DNA from: Magallana gigas
Lineage: Eukaryota
NCBI RefSeq assembly: GCF_963853765.1
Contig: NC_088862.1
Span: 20,956,001 to 21,020,000, forward strand
Direction: 5' to 3'
DNA length: 64,000 bases
Part shown: piece by piece, positions 30,157 to 42,808 of the stretch
Layout of the letters: the number at the start of each line of letters is the position of its first letter
How positions within the stretch are numbered: the stretch's first letter is position 1
The notes under the pieces: generated by a model
Seen by the model: the letters and a program-made list of their open reading frames with translations, nothing else
Databases searched by the model: none
What the model was told of the DNA's origin: nothing
Made by a program: the position numbers and the translations under genes

Positions 30157-32323
30157 TGGTAACCGTTGTCATTCAATAATACATGTACAAACTTAAACTA
30201 TTCTCTTTTAATGTAACGACCGTCTCTCACTGAATAAAATACAAGCTCCACTGTCTCAGACTAGCTGCTTTGTTAGAAGACGTAGAGTCGAACAATTAAT
30301 GGTTTATGATTCATGACCAAATTATATTCTGTCGTGATATGACCAGCAGCAAAAGGGTAAAGGTTCTTGGAAGGGTATTTTCTTGCGTCAAAAAGCATGA
30401 CAGCGTAAAATCTAAATGTGCGAAAAGAAAAATAGCATTAATATTTTATAATCGCCCATAAAATAAATATTTTTTTCTCCGTCAACCTTTCTATTTTCCG
30501 GTTAACGCAGGTCGATATACATGTATTCGTTGACAACAACCCATAATTTTCTTTGTATTAGAGAGTCAAACCATAACTACTTTTCCAGCTTCTGTTATGT
30601 AGACATGTGTCACAACCTTGTAGGTTTGGACTTCGTTGGTATATTCTGCCTAACCCCCTCCCCTTCCTTCCCTCCCCCTTTAAACATATAGAACCATTTT
30701 AACAAGAGCTTGGACTTTGGGTACTTGTGTCAAACAGCAATGTGACGTAGGCCTGTCTGTTTCACTACTGGCCACTCGGCCATTGCTCTTTGAAATCAAC
30801 AAGATTTGTCTGGCTTTTGAGCTTAGACTACCCAATTGGTGTATATTTCGCTTGAAACCGCGTCATTTCTAACCTGTTTTGACGCAAGAAATAGATAGCT
30901 AAGTCCAGCTGAAAGTCCAAGGTCTTGTTAAATTGGTTCTAACTTGCCCACTTAAACCCTAAACTGGACCACAGGTGTCTTTATTTCTCTTTTACCGATA
31001 CATCTGCGTTTTATGTTAACAAAAATCGGATACGCTAATATGAGTAATAATGGTGAGTGCAGGCAATCACTGTGAGCTCTAACGACAACGCCTTGACTTC
31101 CTTTTTGTCACGTTGATGCATTCATATGGTAATTTTTAATCATTGCTCGCCCCAACGGTCGCACCATAAAACATATTCATAAAGAAAAACCATAATCATA
31201 TGCACATACATAGTAAACTTAGTTGATATTGGGGGTGAAAATGTTGAAATCGGATTAACCTATTATATAATACTACAGTCCAGTTTCTTTCTCTTATGTC
31301 ACTTTAAGACATTCCGTCCCGACATTTACACTAATCTAATGTTTACATGCACTGTGTACACAAATAAGACTGACCTGTGTGTACTTCACATATATATATA
31401 TAGAGTCGACTGATAAAACTTAAAAACATTCTTTGTTTTGAGTGCGATGTACATACATCAACTATAGATCAAACATTCTATTGTACCGGATTCAATGTAC
31501 ATGTGACGTCATGACTACGTCAATGTTACTACAATCTGCTGACCCGGGACACAAACACATCCTATAAGGTTACCTTAATTCTTCTTTAGCGAAATACGTA
31601 AACAATGTTTGCTGTATTTCAAAAGTTTTCAATCTTGTTTTGTTAAAGATATCGTTTTTAGAAATATAACACTTTATGTTTACAAATAATTAGATGTTAC
31701 GTAATTTTCTAAGGAAACCTGGTAAATTTTCATATTTAAATAGAAATAAAAGAAATCCAAAACTTTGTTTTGATAATTTCATGCATGTATTTAGGACATG
31801 TGCTTTTATTTGAATTTGTTTAGACCGCGTAAACATTCTCATTCAAATTGTAAATAAGAAATACGATATAACTACGAGTTGATAAAGAAGATTTGTAATG
31901 ATTTAGAAGTTCAGACCTGGGCGGGGGGTGTTTTGATCAAAATTTATTTGTCAAACCTATGATTACTCCATATGTTAAAGAGGAGTAGCGGTTTTCCAGT
32001 AGATATTATAAATACACGATTTCAGAAAATCGCCCAACACGCTATCTGAATGCTACCGCTTATTCCTCAATAAAACGGGAATTAACCCCATAGAGAATAA
32101 AAAACCTGTTCCATTACCGTTTGTTTACGTCTTAATATCATTTCTGCACGTTTGTTACATTGAAGATATCATATATAAGGATGACCCTTCAAGCAGTGCT
32201 ACAGACATTTGACCCGGAGGTCACAGTCAGCGAATAATGAATGCACACAGCGTGTAAGAAACAATACACACCGAATTACCGTCATATCACAAGAGTAAAA
32301 CCATCAATCTTTGTTAGTAGACA

Positions 32324-32391
<68 letters not shown>

Positions 32392-32609
32392 CCATCTGTC
32401 TTGCTTTTTTCTCTTTGACTATCTTTCTCTTTCTTTCTGTGTCTATCTCTCTCTCTCCACTGACCATTGACACGTGACATGGTGTTCCTCTCCGCGGCGA
32501 TTAGTCCCGTACACTCCAGCTTCTTCCGTGTTAGCGCCTCCTTCTGGTCGGCGCTGTCAAAAAAGGATTCTACATCCCGGAAAAACTCCAGATTGGACTG
32601 GTTTCTCAT
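22050..32609 (-). CDS. Class B1 (secretin/PTH-receptor-like) GPCR, about 529 aa
   Basis: Exons 32609-32465, 27799-27689, 27543-27407, 26471-26377, 26237-26072, 25464-25308, 25010-24950, 24601-24532, 24294-24203, 22968-22809, 22574-22533, 22403-22050 (1590 nt, all in phase). Six-Cys hormone-binding domain ([23 protein letters not shown]), [65 protein letters not shown]. Start codon uncertain. Confidence 0.95.
26577..27309. mobile_element. ~730-bp dispersed repeat, copy 1 (in a GPCR intron)
   Basis: Collinear with 61157-61882. Imperfect terminal inverted repeat around AAATGCCCAT. Confidence 0.85.
30109..30154. repeat. (CT)n microsatellite
   Basis: Seen directly. Confidence 0.95.
30689..30941. 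mobile_element. MITE with 30-bp TIR (TAG...CTA termini)
   Basis: TAGAACCATTTTAACAAGAGCTTGGACTTT versus the reverse complement of the right end, TAGAACCAATTTAACAAGACCTTGGACTTT. No clear TSD. Confidence 0.75.
32327..32385. repeat. (CT)n microsatellite
   Basis: Seen directly. Confidence 0.95.
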
Positions 32610-33662
32610 CACTGTGTTATTCCAACAAGTCTCACTAAAATGAACACTTATTTCAACAACAGTCACGAGTCCTAAGTCTTTAGATCCCACAAATCGAGAA
32701 GTTCTTTTCTCATTTCAGTCAAGGTCTGAGATATCACTATAGATCTCATGCAGTTTTTGCTAAAAACTTGAAACACTTACCTTGTTAACGTTAATTATTA
32801 GAATTAATTAGGAAGAAAAAAAACCCAGACTTTGACTCTTTAAGAGCTTTGCGTACTTTAAAACACGGAATTCATATACACAATCACAGGCTTCGAGTTA
32901 TACTTCAAAACGATCCTTGTAATTTTCTTCTTCAAAAGCATGCTACGCGTCTTCTCTGTGTTTACACAATCTTAAATTCTCCTCTTCTTATATCCCAATA
33001 ATTAAAATGACTTTGAATAACCGAAGTCTTTAAAACATCCTTGTTTGAAATTTTAGATTCAACACATTTAGTGTCTGTTGCGACACAGGGTGAAAATGGA
33101 AATGAATACGACCCAAGGAGATGCGCCCAAGCAGTTATCTCAACTGCCTTACCGGCAAACGCATTAGGTGTAAAGCTATATTTCTCAGCACTAGACTTTC
33201 TAGTGTCCACTATTACAGTTACGGCCAGTGTTATCCATCACACAAAGTGCGGCGAATATAAAAGTTGTTTTTCTCCCTGTAATCACCTAACAATGAAGTC
33301 GTTTGTCAATTTAATGTTCCCTTTTCCTTCGATAGATCGAAGCCGTACTGGACGATTTAGTCGGTCCCATATTCATAGATATACCGATAATTCATCCAGC
33401 GGGATGTTTGATGGGGGGTTTCTTTATCGAAATAGCATTAAGAAATCTTCTTGATCTTAGTATTTGTTACCGTGCAATCTTAATTTATCTTTTTATTTAC
33501 TTATATTACCTATCTACATATGTATTTATCAACTTAGATATCTATATAAACATGTGTACACGATATTATAACGGATAAAGTATTCTATCCTAAATTACAT
33601 TGCTATTGATGGGCTATATAATTTGATTTTTGATTTCAATCTTATATTCATATGCAAAATTT

Positions 33663-33672
<10 letters not shown>

Positions 33673-33746
<74 letters not shown>
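33673..33746. repeat. (CT)n microsatellite
   Basis: Seen directly. Confidence 0.95.
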
Positions 33747-33749
<3 letters not shown>

Positions 33750-35039
33750 AGATACACGGCTTGATTAAATGGACGTGTTTACAGCTCCCGTGATAAAATA
33801 TGCCCCATGTTCACTCGACCAAACATTCTCTCTCCCGACACTGTCATCATTAATTAATTGTTAATAAGGTGACCGCTACGGGAGACGATATAGACAAAGG
33901 GCGTCTTACATTGTACTGCCCTACTATAATCTTGCTGATCAAAGATTGAAGGAGGCGGATCCAACAATTTGGACAATAAAAAAAGTTTCATATGCATCAT
34001 CTGTCTGTTAATTTAACAGTTTTAAAGAGCATATAGTAAAAATCCAACTTGGGTAAACGTTGTATAAGTATTAAAAAAATATTGTAATTATTGGGTCACA
34101 AAAATAATTTATTTATCAACTCTGCTTTCCTAGATTGATATCAGATGTCTAAAAATCTATTGTATTCATACAAACATTGACAAAACAGAATCACGATTTA
34201 ACTAGTTTTAGTCTACAAGTATATCCATATAATATAATATATGTCTGCGTGTGTGCAATTATTAATCGCATTACACTACGTGTATATAAATTACAATACT
34301 TACTATGGAAAGCCGTATGGTATCCCCACATTATTATTATATTTTACTATATAATATGGTCACAATAAAAATGTCCTACCAAAAATAATCATCACTTCAA
34401 TTTCCTTACATTTTTACTTTCACGCCACAATAATTATAATTGTACCCGCACACAATTATCATAATCTGCTCCAAATTAAAATGTTAACCAAAAATAATAT
34501 CTCACAACTTTAACTTGGACACACTAAAAGAAAACAATCTGCCTCCCAAAGATAATTATGTAATTATTTTCAGTTTACAATACATAATAATGATAACCGG
34601 GGAATATTCTTTATTGTGATAATAATCCTGCCAAGAAGACATTATTATTGTTGATGGAAAGATTAAGACGATTGAAAAGAAACGATTATCTGATTCTGAA
34701 TCACAATAATAATCTCTGCCTTTTTTTGGGGCAGAGGTTATTATTTGGACGCTTGAAATTTGAAACGTTTTTATGAAGTAGAGTGGAGTATATTATTTCA
34801 TGCGTGACTGTAAACAAGCGTCTGGTTGAGAGGAAATTCACGTGACCCTAGTTTCGCTTTACATTAAGGCTTGAGTATTCAGAATAGGCACCGATTGACC
34901 GAAGGCACATGGTAACGGTCTGAGAAGCTTCTGAGATGGTATGTTAGTGATTTTAAACTAAATGAAACTAAACGAATGGAGCAGTTTTTAAACACTGTTT
35001 TTTAGTAATTAATATGTTTTACGAATTACGGTGCTGAGA

Positions 35040-35356
35040 CCAATCCACACTTTACAAAAGTTATGTCCCTTGGCCGCCATCTTTGGGGAAAAACCCATAT
35101 ATTTCTCACAGTAGCCTTTGTAGTTTAGAGGGTTATAACTTCGTCATTGGACATTAGAAATCGGTTTCCTCTGTGAATTTTGATTGCCCCAAGATGGGGC
35201 AACCCACACATCGAAGGAATAAATTAAATTCCGAGAGATTTCTTCACAGGACGCCCAAATATTTGGTTGCATAAAGAAGGGAAAAGTTGTTTTTTCCCTT
35301 TTGACCTTTGGGTTGACCCCGCAAAGGGGAACAACTTTTGCAAAGTGTGGATTGGA
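35040..35356. mobile_element. TIR-bounded element; related fragments near 25540-25830
   Basis: CCAATCCACACTTTACAAAAGTT ... AACTTTTGCAAAGTGTGGATTGG. TSD not resolved. Confidence 0.6.
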
Positions 35357-35760
35357 CTATTGAGGCAAGGGAAGCTTATGACGAAATATGTACAGATGTG
35401 TGACTTTACTTATCACTGTAATAAATCAATAAAACATACATGCTAAGTATACTGTTTTATTTATGGTACATCATTTTAAATGCATGACGTTCTTCAAATT
35501 ACATATTTTATCTGGTTTTCAAAAGTTTTACTTTGATTCAGTTATTGTGTGAACATGAGGATCGAGAACGCCATTTGCAATGCTTGGAATTGCATTGTGG
35601 GTCAAAATTGACACCTACAAAATCTGACGGATCAATGTGCAAGACAACTATTGTGACATAACTCAATTGTATTTGAAAGTGTACAGATTCATTACTTATT
35701 TTTATCTTTGCTTTTCTCGTGAGAGCGTTAAATGGTAAACCATATTTATACAGGGAACTG

Positions 35761-36289
35761 TAGTCCGAAATATCTGACGTTTTTCTGGCTTTTTTAACGA
35801 TTTTGATATTTACTTGCCAGGAAAACATCAGAACCGGCGCCGTTACAAAAACTGGAAATTTCGCCGCCTCCAACTGGAGGCGGCATTCTCGGCCCGATTT
35901 TAAATACGGTACTTGCAAACGTAACAAATATTTAATTCACAACTTAACAATAAAAAAATGACTTTACTACTCACTCATATCGCTTTAATGGGTTTGTTTA
36001 CTCTACTAACTGTCTGTTCAACACATTTTTATCGAACTGTCCGGCGAGATTTGAGTCACGTGACTCGTTATCTCAAAAGACAGCGAAAATACGGTTGACT
36101 GTAATTGTGTGCTTCTATTATCAAAATACGGAGTCATATTTAATTTTGAGCAATATGAGTGAGTAGTAGTAAAGTCATTTTTTTATCGAAATTTCCAGTT
36201 TTCGTAATGGCGCCGGTTCTTACGTTTTCCTGGCAAGTAAATATCAAAATCGTTAAAAAAGCCAAAAAAACGTCAGATATTTCGGACTA
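35761..36289. mobile_element. Mutator/MULE-like non-autonomous element
   Basis: About 100-bp TIRs beginning TAGTCCGAAATATCTGACG, with an exact 9-bp TSD AGGGAACTG (35752-35760 and 36290-36298). Confidence 0.88.
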
Positions 36290-37178
36290 AGGGAACTGCT
36301 GCTCCGATACAAATAAGGCATTACTGGTCCTAGTAGCTGACCCCCCCCCCCCCCCCCCCCCCCCAAAAAAACCTGTTGAGTGAATGTGCAGCTGGTCTGA
36401 ATTTGTTGTTTTCCAGTAGAGCTCGCTTTGTTATAAACAATTAGGTATTAGTTATTAAATAGGTAGGGAATTCCATGTTGGCAGCTATAAAGATGGAGGG
36501 GCAGGTCTGTTGTAACCCCCACTCCTTATACTAATTGAATTTCTTTGCTTTGTGTTATTTGTAAGTGAAATGAGAGTGGGCGGTAATGATTTTTCTAGTT
36601 TCATGCTAGCTTATCTGTGGAGATGGGGGGAGGGGGGGGGGGGCAGCAATTGGAGAGCTCCCACCCAAACAAGTCCCGCATTTTCACATTAATTCTTTTT
36701 ATGTGTTTGCAATTTTATATAGATAATCTTGTTGAATATTAGTTTTCTGATGAAATGCATTTAAACATGTCCATACATGAGTTTATATATTTTAAAGGAA
36801 ATAAATTTACATATTAATGTATTGTTGGGGCACAAGAGGGGTTTGCATGAATAGATATCTAATAATCACACATAATTACTGAAAATAATATATACGTAAT
36901 AAGGAATCTTTCTTTGAATATTATGAGGTGATCATTTTGTTCGAGACATGATAAAGTCTCATAAGCCATTCCAGCTTATTGGATTTGAACATGCCCCTGA
37001 CTAATATTATCCCCTCATAATACTCAAAGAAAGATTCAATATTATTTTAAATGATCTATTCGACAATGAAATGGCTTTTATGCTGCTATTTACAGAAAAG
37101 TAATTTTTCATTGTTTCAATTTCTTTGCTTGTACTACACTGTATAAGTTCTAAGTATTGTTCATTTGATATCTCACAG

Positions 37179-38895
37179 ATGTTTTGTATGGAATGTGGTA
37201 TGCAGCTTGCTGATGGGAAGGCAAAATTTTGTGGGAATTGTGGTACCAAGGTACCCTCAGCCTCCAAAGAAACAGATCCTGGTTTGTACTGAGAATTGTG
37301 ATTTCACTGAAAAACAAGCAATGTGCTTTATATCAATCCTTGACAATGATACATGTAGCACTGTACATAAAACACAGAATGAAGGTTTAAATTGAAATTG
37401 CAGGTGTTGAAGTCCTCCCTCCTTCGTTTGTTCAGGGAACTTTATCTCAAGGTATTGAATTGCAAAATTGATAAACGAATATCTTATAATACAGCATTAC
37501 ATATAAGAGTTAAAAAAAATATACCATAGAATGGATGGATTTTCATACATTAATTGAAACCATTATGGACATATTCATGACTGAATTGTCAAAATTGATT
37601 ATATTAATTAATGAAATTATATTATTTAATTTGTTTTTAAGGCGCAATGGAGAGTTTGGCTAAACTTAAAGAAAAATATCCCAGCAACATTGGACACAAA
37701 CCAGTGTCGAAGAAAAGAACAAGTGAATCAAAAGTAAACAAATATGATTTTCAGTTTTGGCACTACGTATGCATAATTAAGCAACACTTATGACTGTATG
37801 TTGTTTTTGGTTTTTTGGTAATTCATTTTAGTTTTAGATAAGGCCACACCAATGTAATTTCTTGTTCGTCAGAAATCCAGTAAAAAAAGGTGCGAGCGAG
37901 CAATTAAAGGGGCATGGTCACGATTTTGTTCAAATTCTATTTTTATGTTTTTATTATTTACAATGTTTTAGAAATGCAGTTCTAATATTCAAACAAAATT
38001 TGAGAGTCATTCATAGAGTTATAAGCAAGATACAGGGCTCACAATTCTTTGTCATGTAAACAACTTAAGGCTCGTGCCCTGTTTTTTGTTTACATAGATT
38101 CAATAAACCAGTAAAAAATCTTTTTCCAAAATCGTGACCATGCCTCTTTAAATGAAAAAATTACCATTTTTTGTAGCCTAAATTTTTAGGCGGTACATAT
38201 ATATCTATATTTTTTCTACTTGTTTCTGATTTATAAATTAAAACTATTTAAAATGCGAAAAATAGAGTGGAGATAGAACAGGAAACAGCACAAAATGTTC
38301 ATGGATGCATGAAATTAATAATTATATTATTTGTATAGTTTTAATTGTGCGGGGACCGACAAACAATAAATTATGATGGTGTTGGCCTAAAGATGATGTT
38401 TATCTTTTAATTAGATCTTCATATTAATTTGGATTTATTAATGAAAATAATCCACTATTATATGGGTTTATGATATATATTATAAAAAAAATTTTTTATT
38501 TAGACAATGAGTATTGCTTGTGTTTTGAGATTAAGCTAACTACATATAGTTCAACATTTCAGGAACTGATCGTCCATGTAATGGACAAAAAGAAAAAAGC
38601 ACTCAAAAGAGCTTTTCCAAGTGACAGTGGCTTAACTGGCTGTTTGAAAATGAAAGCAAATTACAATCAAACCACCAAAAATTGGATGGACTCCCTTAAA
38701 CACCATTTCAGAGGAAACATAGATTTTATCCCCCACATTATGGGTAGAAATGGGTTGGAACCCATCAGTACCGACTGTAGCCTAGAGCAGATAGAAAGTA
38801 TGAAAATCCAGAAAAAATCTGCTTTAAAGATCTATGCCATGGCAAAGGGAAAAGGTAACTATATTGAACATTTGACAGTGAAAAATGAATGTTGA
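37179..38895 (+). CDS. Small protein with N-terminal CxxC...CxxC zinc ribbon; C-terminus uncertain
   Basis: Exons 37179-37281 (MFCMECGMQLADGKAKFCGNCGTKVP), 37404-37451, 37642-37733 and 38563-38854/38895, phase-consistent GT-AG. The last exon either reads to TGA at 38895 or splices at AAG|GTAACT (38854). Confidence 0.7.
37908..38147. mobile_element. Kolobok-like MITE (internal-deletion copy) in an intron
   Basis: TTAA|AGGGGCATGGTCACGATTTTG ... CAAAATCGTGACCATGCCTCT|TTAA. TTAA TSD with purine-purine 5' end. Confidence 0.85.
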
Positions 38896-40186
38896 AATTG
38901 AATGGTTGTACAAACAATCACTAGACCATACATGGTTGTTTAAACTAGAGCAGTGTTAATTAATATTGTAATTGATATACATGTACTATAAGTGTTTAGT
39001 TGTTGTGTTGCTGTGAAATGATAGCTTATGGAACAATTAATGGACTTGTATGTATGGGCCAAAATGCTCATTAAGGTAGTCCTAAACTCGGCACTAAATG
39101 GGCTCAATCATTAAAAGCTTAGCTTAAAATGATAAATATACATTCTAGCAATACATATACAAAAGAAACAAAGAAGATATAAGCATACCTGAGATCCTGG
39201 TCAATCAGAAACTTCGTTTTTCATTTTACTTTAACATAATCGAGTTTCTCAACATTAATCATTTCTATCTCTCATAGAATACATATATCACCGTTCTAAT
39301 TGCTTATTATTGCCATTGTTTACAACAGCAATGTAGAGCAAAATCAATACCGGGTATCAAAAACGCTTTGTAAAAGTCGAACCAATATTGTAAAATCTGT
39401 ATTTTGAAGTAGTGCGATACTCGGACTACTTTAATTTTGTATTTCTTACTCCAGACAACAAAAGCTTTTCTTTTATGCAGATGTGTGTAGCTTTGTATAG
39501 CAATGTAATGATCGACTCTAGAAAATATAATTTACAATCTTCTTGTTCAAGAAAGAAATATTGGCAATACATGTACCATTAAATTTAATGTTTGTTCTAA
39601 AATTGGATACAATTGGAAAACACAGAATATTCGAAGCAAATGAGAAAACTTTTAACTTTTTTAATGTAAAATTTTTCTTTTTTCATTTGGGTACTTTTAG
39701 ATAGGCAAGAAATTGTACAAAAATTTAAAACGCAGAACATCCAAGAGGTTTATATCAGTGTTTTAAATTAATTTCTTTGTATGAATATTCCTTTGATTGT
39801 TATTGTTTTACATGTATTTCAACCTAGTTATTGACTTTCTTTTCTTTTGTCTGTTCAGTTGATAACAACCATTACATCTATAGAATACATGTTACTTCAA
39901 ATGTGGATAGAATGGAGAAGGGGTATCAAAAATGAAAGATATTTTATTCATGTACAAAATATTGTTATCAACCTGAGATTGAAATTAAAGTCTTATTCAA
40001 CTTATTTAGGTTGTGTACTTTGGTAATTCGAATAAAATATACCTGATATTATTTAATGGGACTTAACAATTCAACTGTAAACATTTTGAAGTACATGTAT
40101 TTGAAGGTTCTTGAACAGTTAAGGGTCCTCCACACCTTTCTTTGGGAAAAGCTCTGCATAGTAGCCCAGACTTCTAAATTACTTAA

Positions 40187-41005
40187 AGGGGCATGCATGG
40201 TCATGATTTTGGTCAAATTTTATTTCTCTATTTTCATTGTTACAATGACATGTGGTGATAACGAACAGTGTTCAAATTCTAAAGTCCAAAGGAAAGTTAC
40301 AAAATAGGAGCAGAGTGAACACTGACCTATTTAATTCTAAAAAAAAAAAAAAAAAAGGTAGGGTTAGGTGCCATGAAGGAGAGAGCATCCTCTGGTAACC
40401 GGTCACATCTGCTGTGTGCTCTTTGTTGTAATCAGGAAAAACAGAAAAGCCTGTACACAATTAGGTGATTAATTATGGTCTAACAATTAGTATGAAAAAC
40501 GTGAGTCAGCATGCAACCCAGTGGAAGGTCTGTATTTGCTGACATGGTCGTTGTATCGACCATGTTTAAGTAATGAACAACCGAAATTTGAGAATCGGTT
40601 GTAGAGTTATACCCGGATAGTAAGATGCAGAGCGTACAATTCTTTGCTAGTTAAACAAGGCCCATGCCTTGGTTTTTGTTTACATCTATGTTTCGATCAA
40701 TATACCGGAAAAAAGTTCTTTTTAAGCTGATTTTTCTATCTGATAATTCGTTTTGAACATAAATAAGCTGCAGTTTCTAGCATTTGTCATATTTATTGTT
40801 GGTCTAAACTTTGAAATTCAAATGTTTACAAAAAAACATGACCTGTCAGAGTTTTGTTTACCTTCCAGAGAATTGTGAGCTCTGTATCTCATTATTTTAT
40901 AATTTGATGACTGACAATATTATTTTGTTTGACTATTAGAAATGTCTTGATGAACATTAAATTAAAAACAGAATTTATATTTACCAAACCAGTGACCATA
41001 CCCCT
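40187..41005. mobile_element. Second, older copy of the same Kolobok-like family carrying a nested insertion
   Basis: TTAA|AGGGGCATGCATGGTCATG ... GTGACCATACCCCT|TTAA. Interior matches 37908-38147 and 57620-57800. Confidence 0.75.
40290..40563 (-). mobile_element. 3' fragment of a probable Penelope-like retroelement nested in the Kolobok copy
   Basis: Minus strand reads GRYNDHVSKY-LPLGCMLTHVFHTNC* followed by a 3' UTR ending in GGATGCTCTCTCCTTCATGGCACCTAACC. A short similar piece lies at about 56205-56260. Family from recall. Confidence 0.5.
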
Positions 41006-41111
41006 TTAAACTTGTTGGATTTCTAGCAAGTATTTGACTTGTAAATAACAGGAAAAAAAATCAAAATGGGGGGGGGGGGTCAACTTTTAAAACTTTACCA
41101 CTATTTATTAA

Positions 41112-41913
41112 AGCTATACACGCTATAATTTGCGTCAATTTTGAATGACAGTGAAAACGCATGTGTTTGTCTACTTATAAAAGTTATCCTTAATCTGTAA
41201 ATTACAAGGGTGAATTCCATCTCGTTACAAAGATATAGATTTTTAATTGTTTATTTTCCTGCCAGGAAAATATACCTTTTCATGAATATTGATGAAGGAA
41301 GAGCAAACCGACCTCATTGCGCATGTCCGCGGAGAACTAGGTGGTCGTTATTGTTTGCCTAATTAAATATCCAACTTGATTTTTAATATGCTTAACAGTT
41401 GTTGATTTGAAATACATACATGTATAATGAGTAAAATACGCTTGCCATTCACGATACCCTTACTTCTGCATTAACACTTATAGGATCTATAAATAGCACA
41501 TAGGGGAAACACACAGGTCTACGTCATTTCTTTAAAGGAAGTATTCATATCTACTCACAGGCTTGTATTTTTTTCTTTTGTTTGTACTCGTATATCGGAC
41601 AAATTTATGCTTTACTGAAAATATCCTTTCCTTTGTGAAACTATCACAATTATGAAGATGTTGACCCTTCACCAGTTTTGGTATGATAGGCTAAATTTAG
41701 CTGTCGATATCACGTGATAGATTGATATTCACGAGGAGGCATTACTTTCCTGGCAGGAAAATAAATATTTTTTATTGTTTAATATTTGATATATTTGTTA
41801 CGTGATCGAATTGAGCATCATAATTAACAGAATAAAGGTAACTTTTATTAGTAATCAAACACATACATTTTCCCCTTTATTCAAAATTGACGCAAATTAT
41901 AGCGTGTATAGCT
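41112..41913. mobile_element. Young Kolobok-like element, different family
   Basis: Perfect 35-bp TIR AGCTATACACGCTATAATTTGCGTCAATTTTGAAT with TTAA on both sides. Confidence 0.88.
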
Positions 41914-42808
41914 TTAAAATGCCCCTGTGGTATTCTGGACTTGTGGGTCGTTAGCTGCACCCATTGTTTCATAATTAGTTAAAATCACCATTTTGTGATC
42001 TCGACTCTCCAAAACGGTTAGGAACTGCAGTGTAGACTATTTTTTTTTTGTTTACTTTCCAAGACGTAATATCTATTTTAAAAAAAAAACCTGACTACAT
42101 ATATTTCTTCTAGTTGTGCAATACCCTATACAGCTATTTAAACCCCGTACTTTGCCGATATCCGGCAGATCGCCACAGAACTCAGCCTTGTCTACACCGC
42201 CTATCATGGAGGGAACGGACGGGATTTGGGGGTGCTTCTCAGCCGCTTACTTCGTTCAGAGCCAACAGAAACCACTGCCATGGCGGGGTTAACCTTTTTT
42301 CCTGAAGGAACCCAATGGCTGTGGAGGATCATGGTGTTGGTGACGTCACAGTCAACAATATCCATCCCTTCACACTGACCTGGCATGTCCGCGGCTATTC
42401 TCGGGCCTGACGGATGGACCCCCTCCCCCAGCGGCTGCGCTATCACACCCCAGGGTGTGCCAGCAATAGGGAGGGGAGAAGTCTGGATGGCCCACCCAAT
42501 CGTACAATGTTTGGGGTGGAGGTATTTATTTATACTTCACCACAACAGTGTATATTTGGGTGTTTTTATCTCCATTCGTCGATTCAGGTTCGTTATAATT
42601 ATTACCTATATCATATATGGTCTTGGAACTGTTATTCATATTGTGTACTTGTTTCATTTCTTTGGTGTTCAACTGAAGTAAGAAGTATTGATCGATTTGT
42701 GGAAGGGTTACTAAGTAGCTTATGTAAACACATTTTTGAATATTTAAAGGGGCAGTGTATTAAATAACGATTTTTACACACTCCAAGGACTGTACATAGA
42801 TATTATAT

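Noticed and set aside
32962-33454. ORFs of 82 aa (-) and 137 aa (+) as genes or a GPCR first exon
   Set aside because: No recognisable motifs, non-ATG starts, and the donor at about 33150 has the wrong phase for the receptor.
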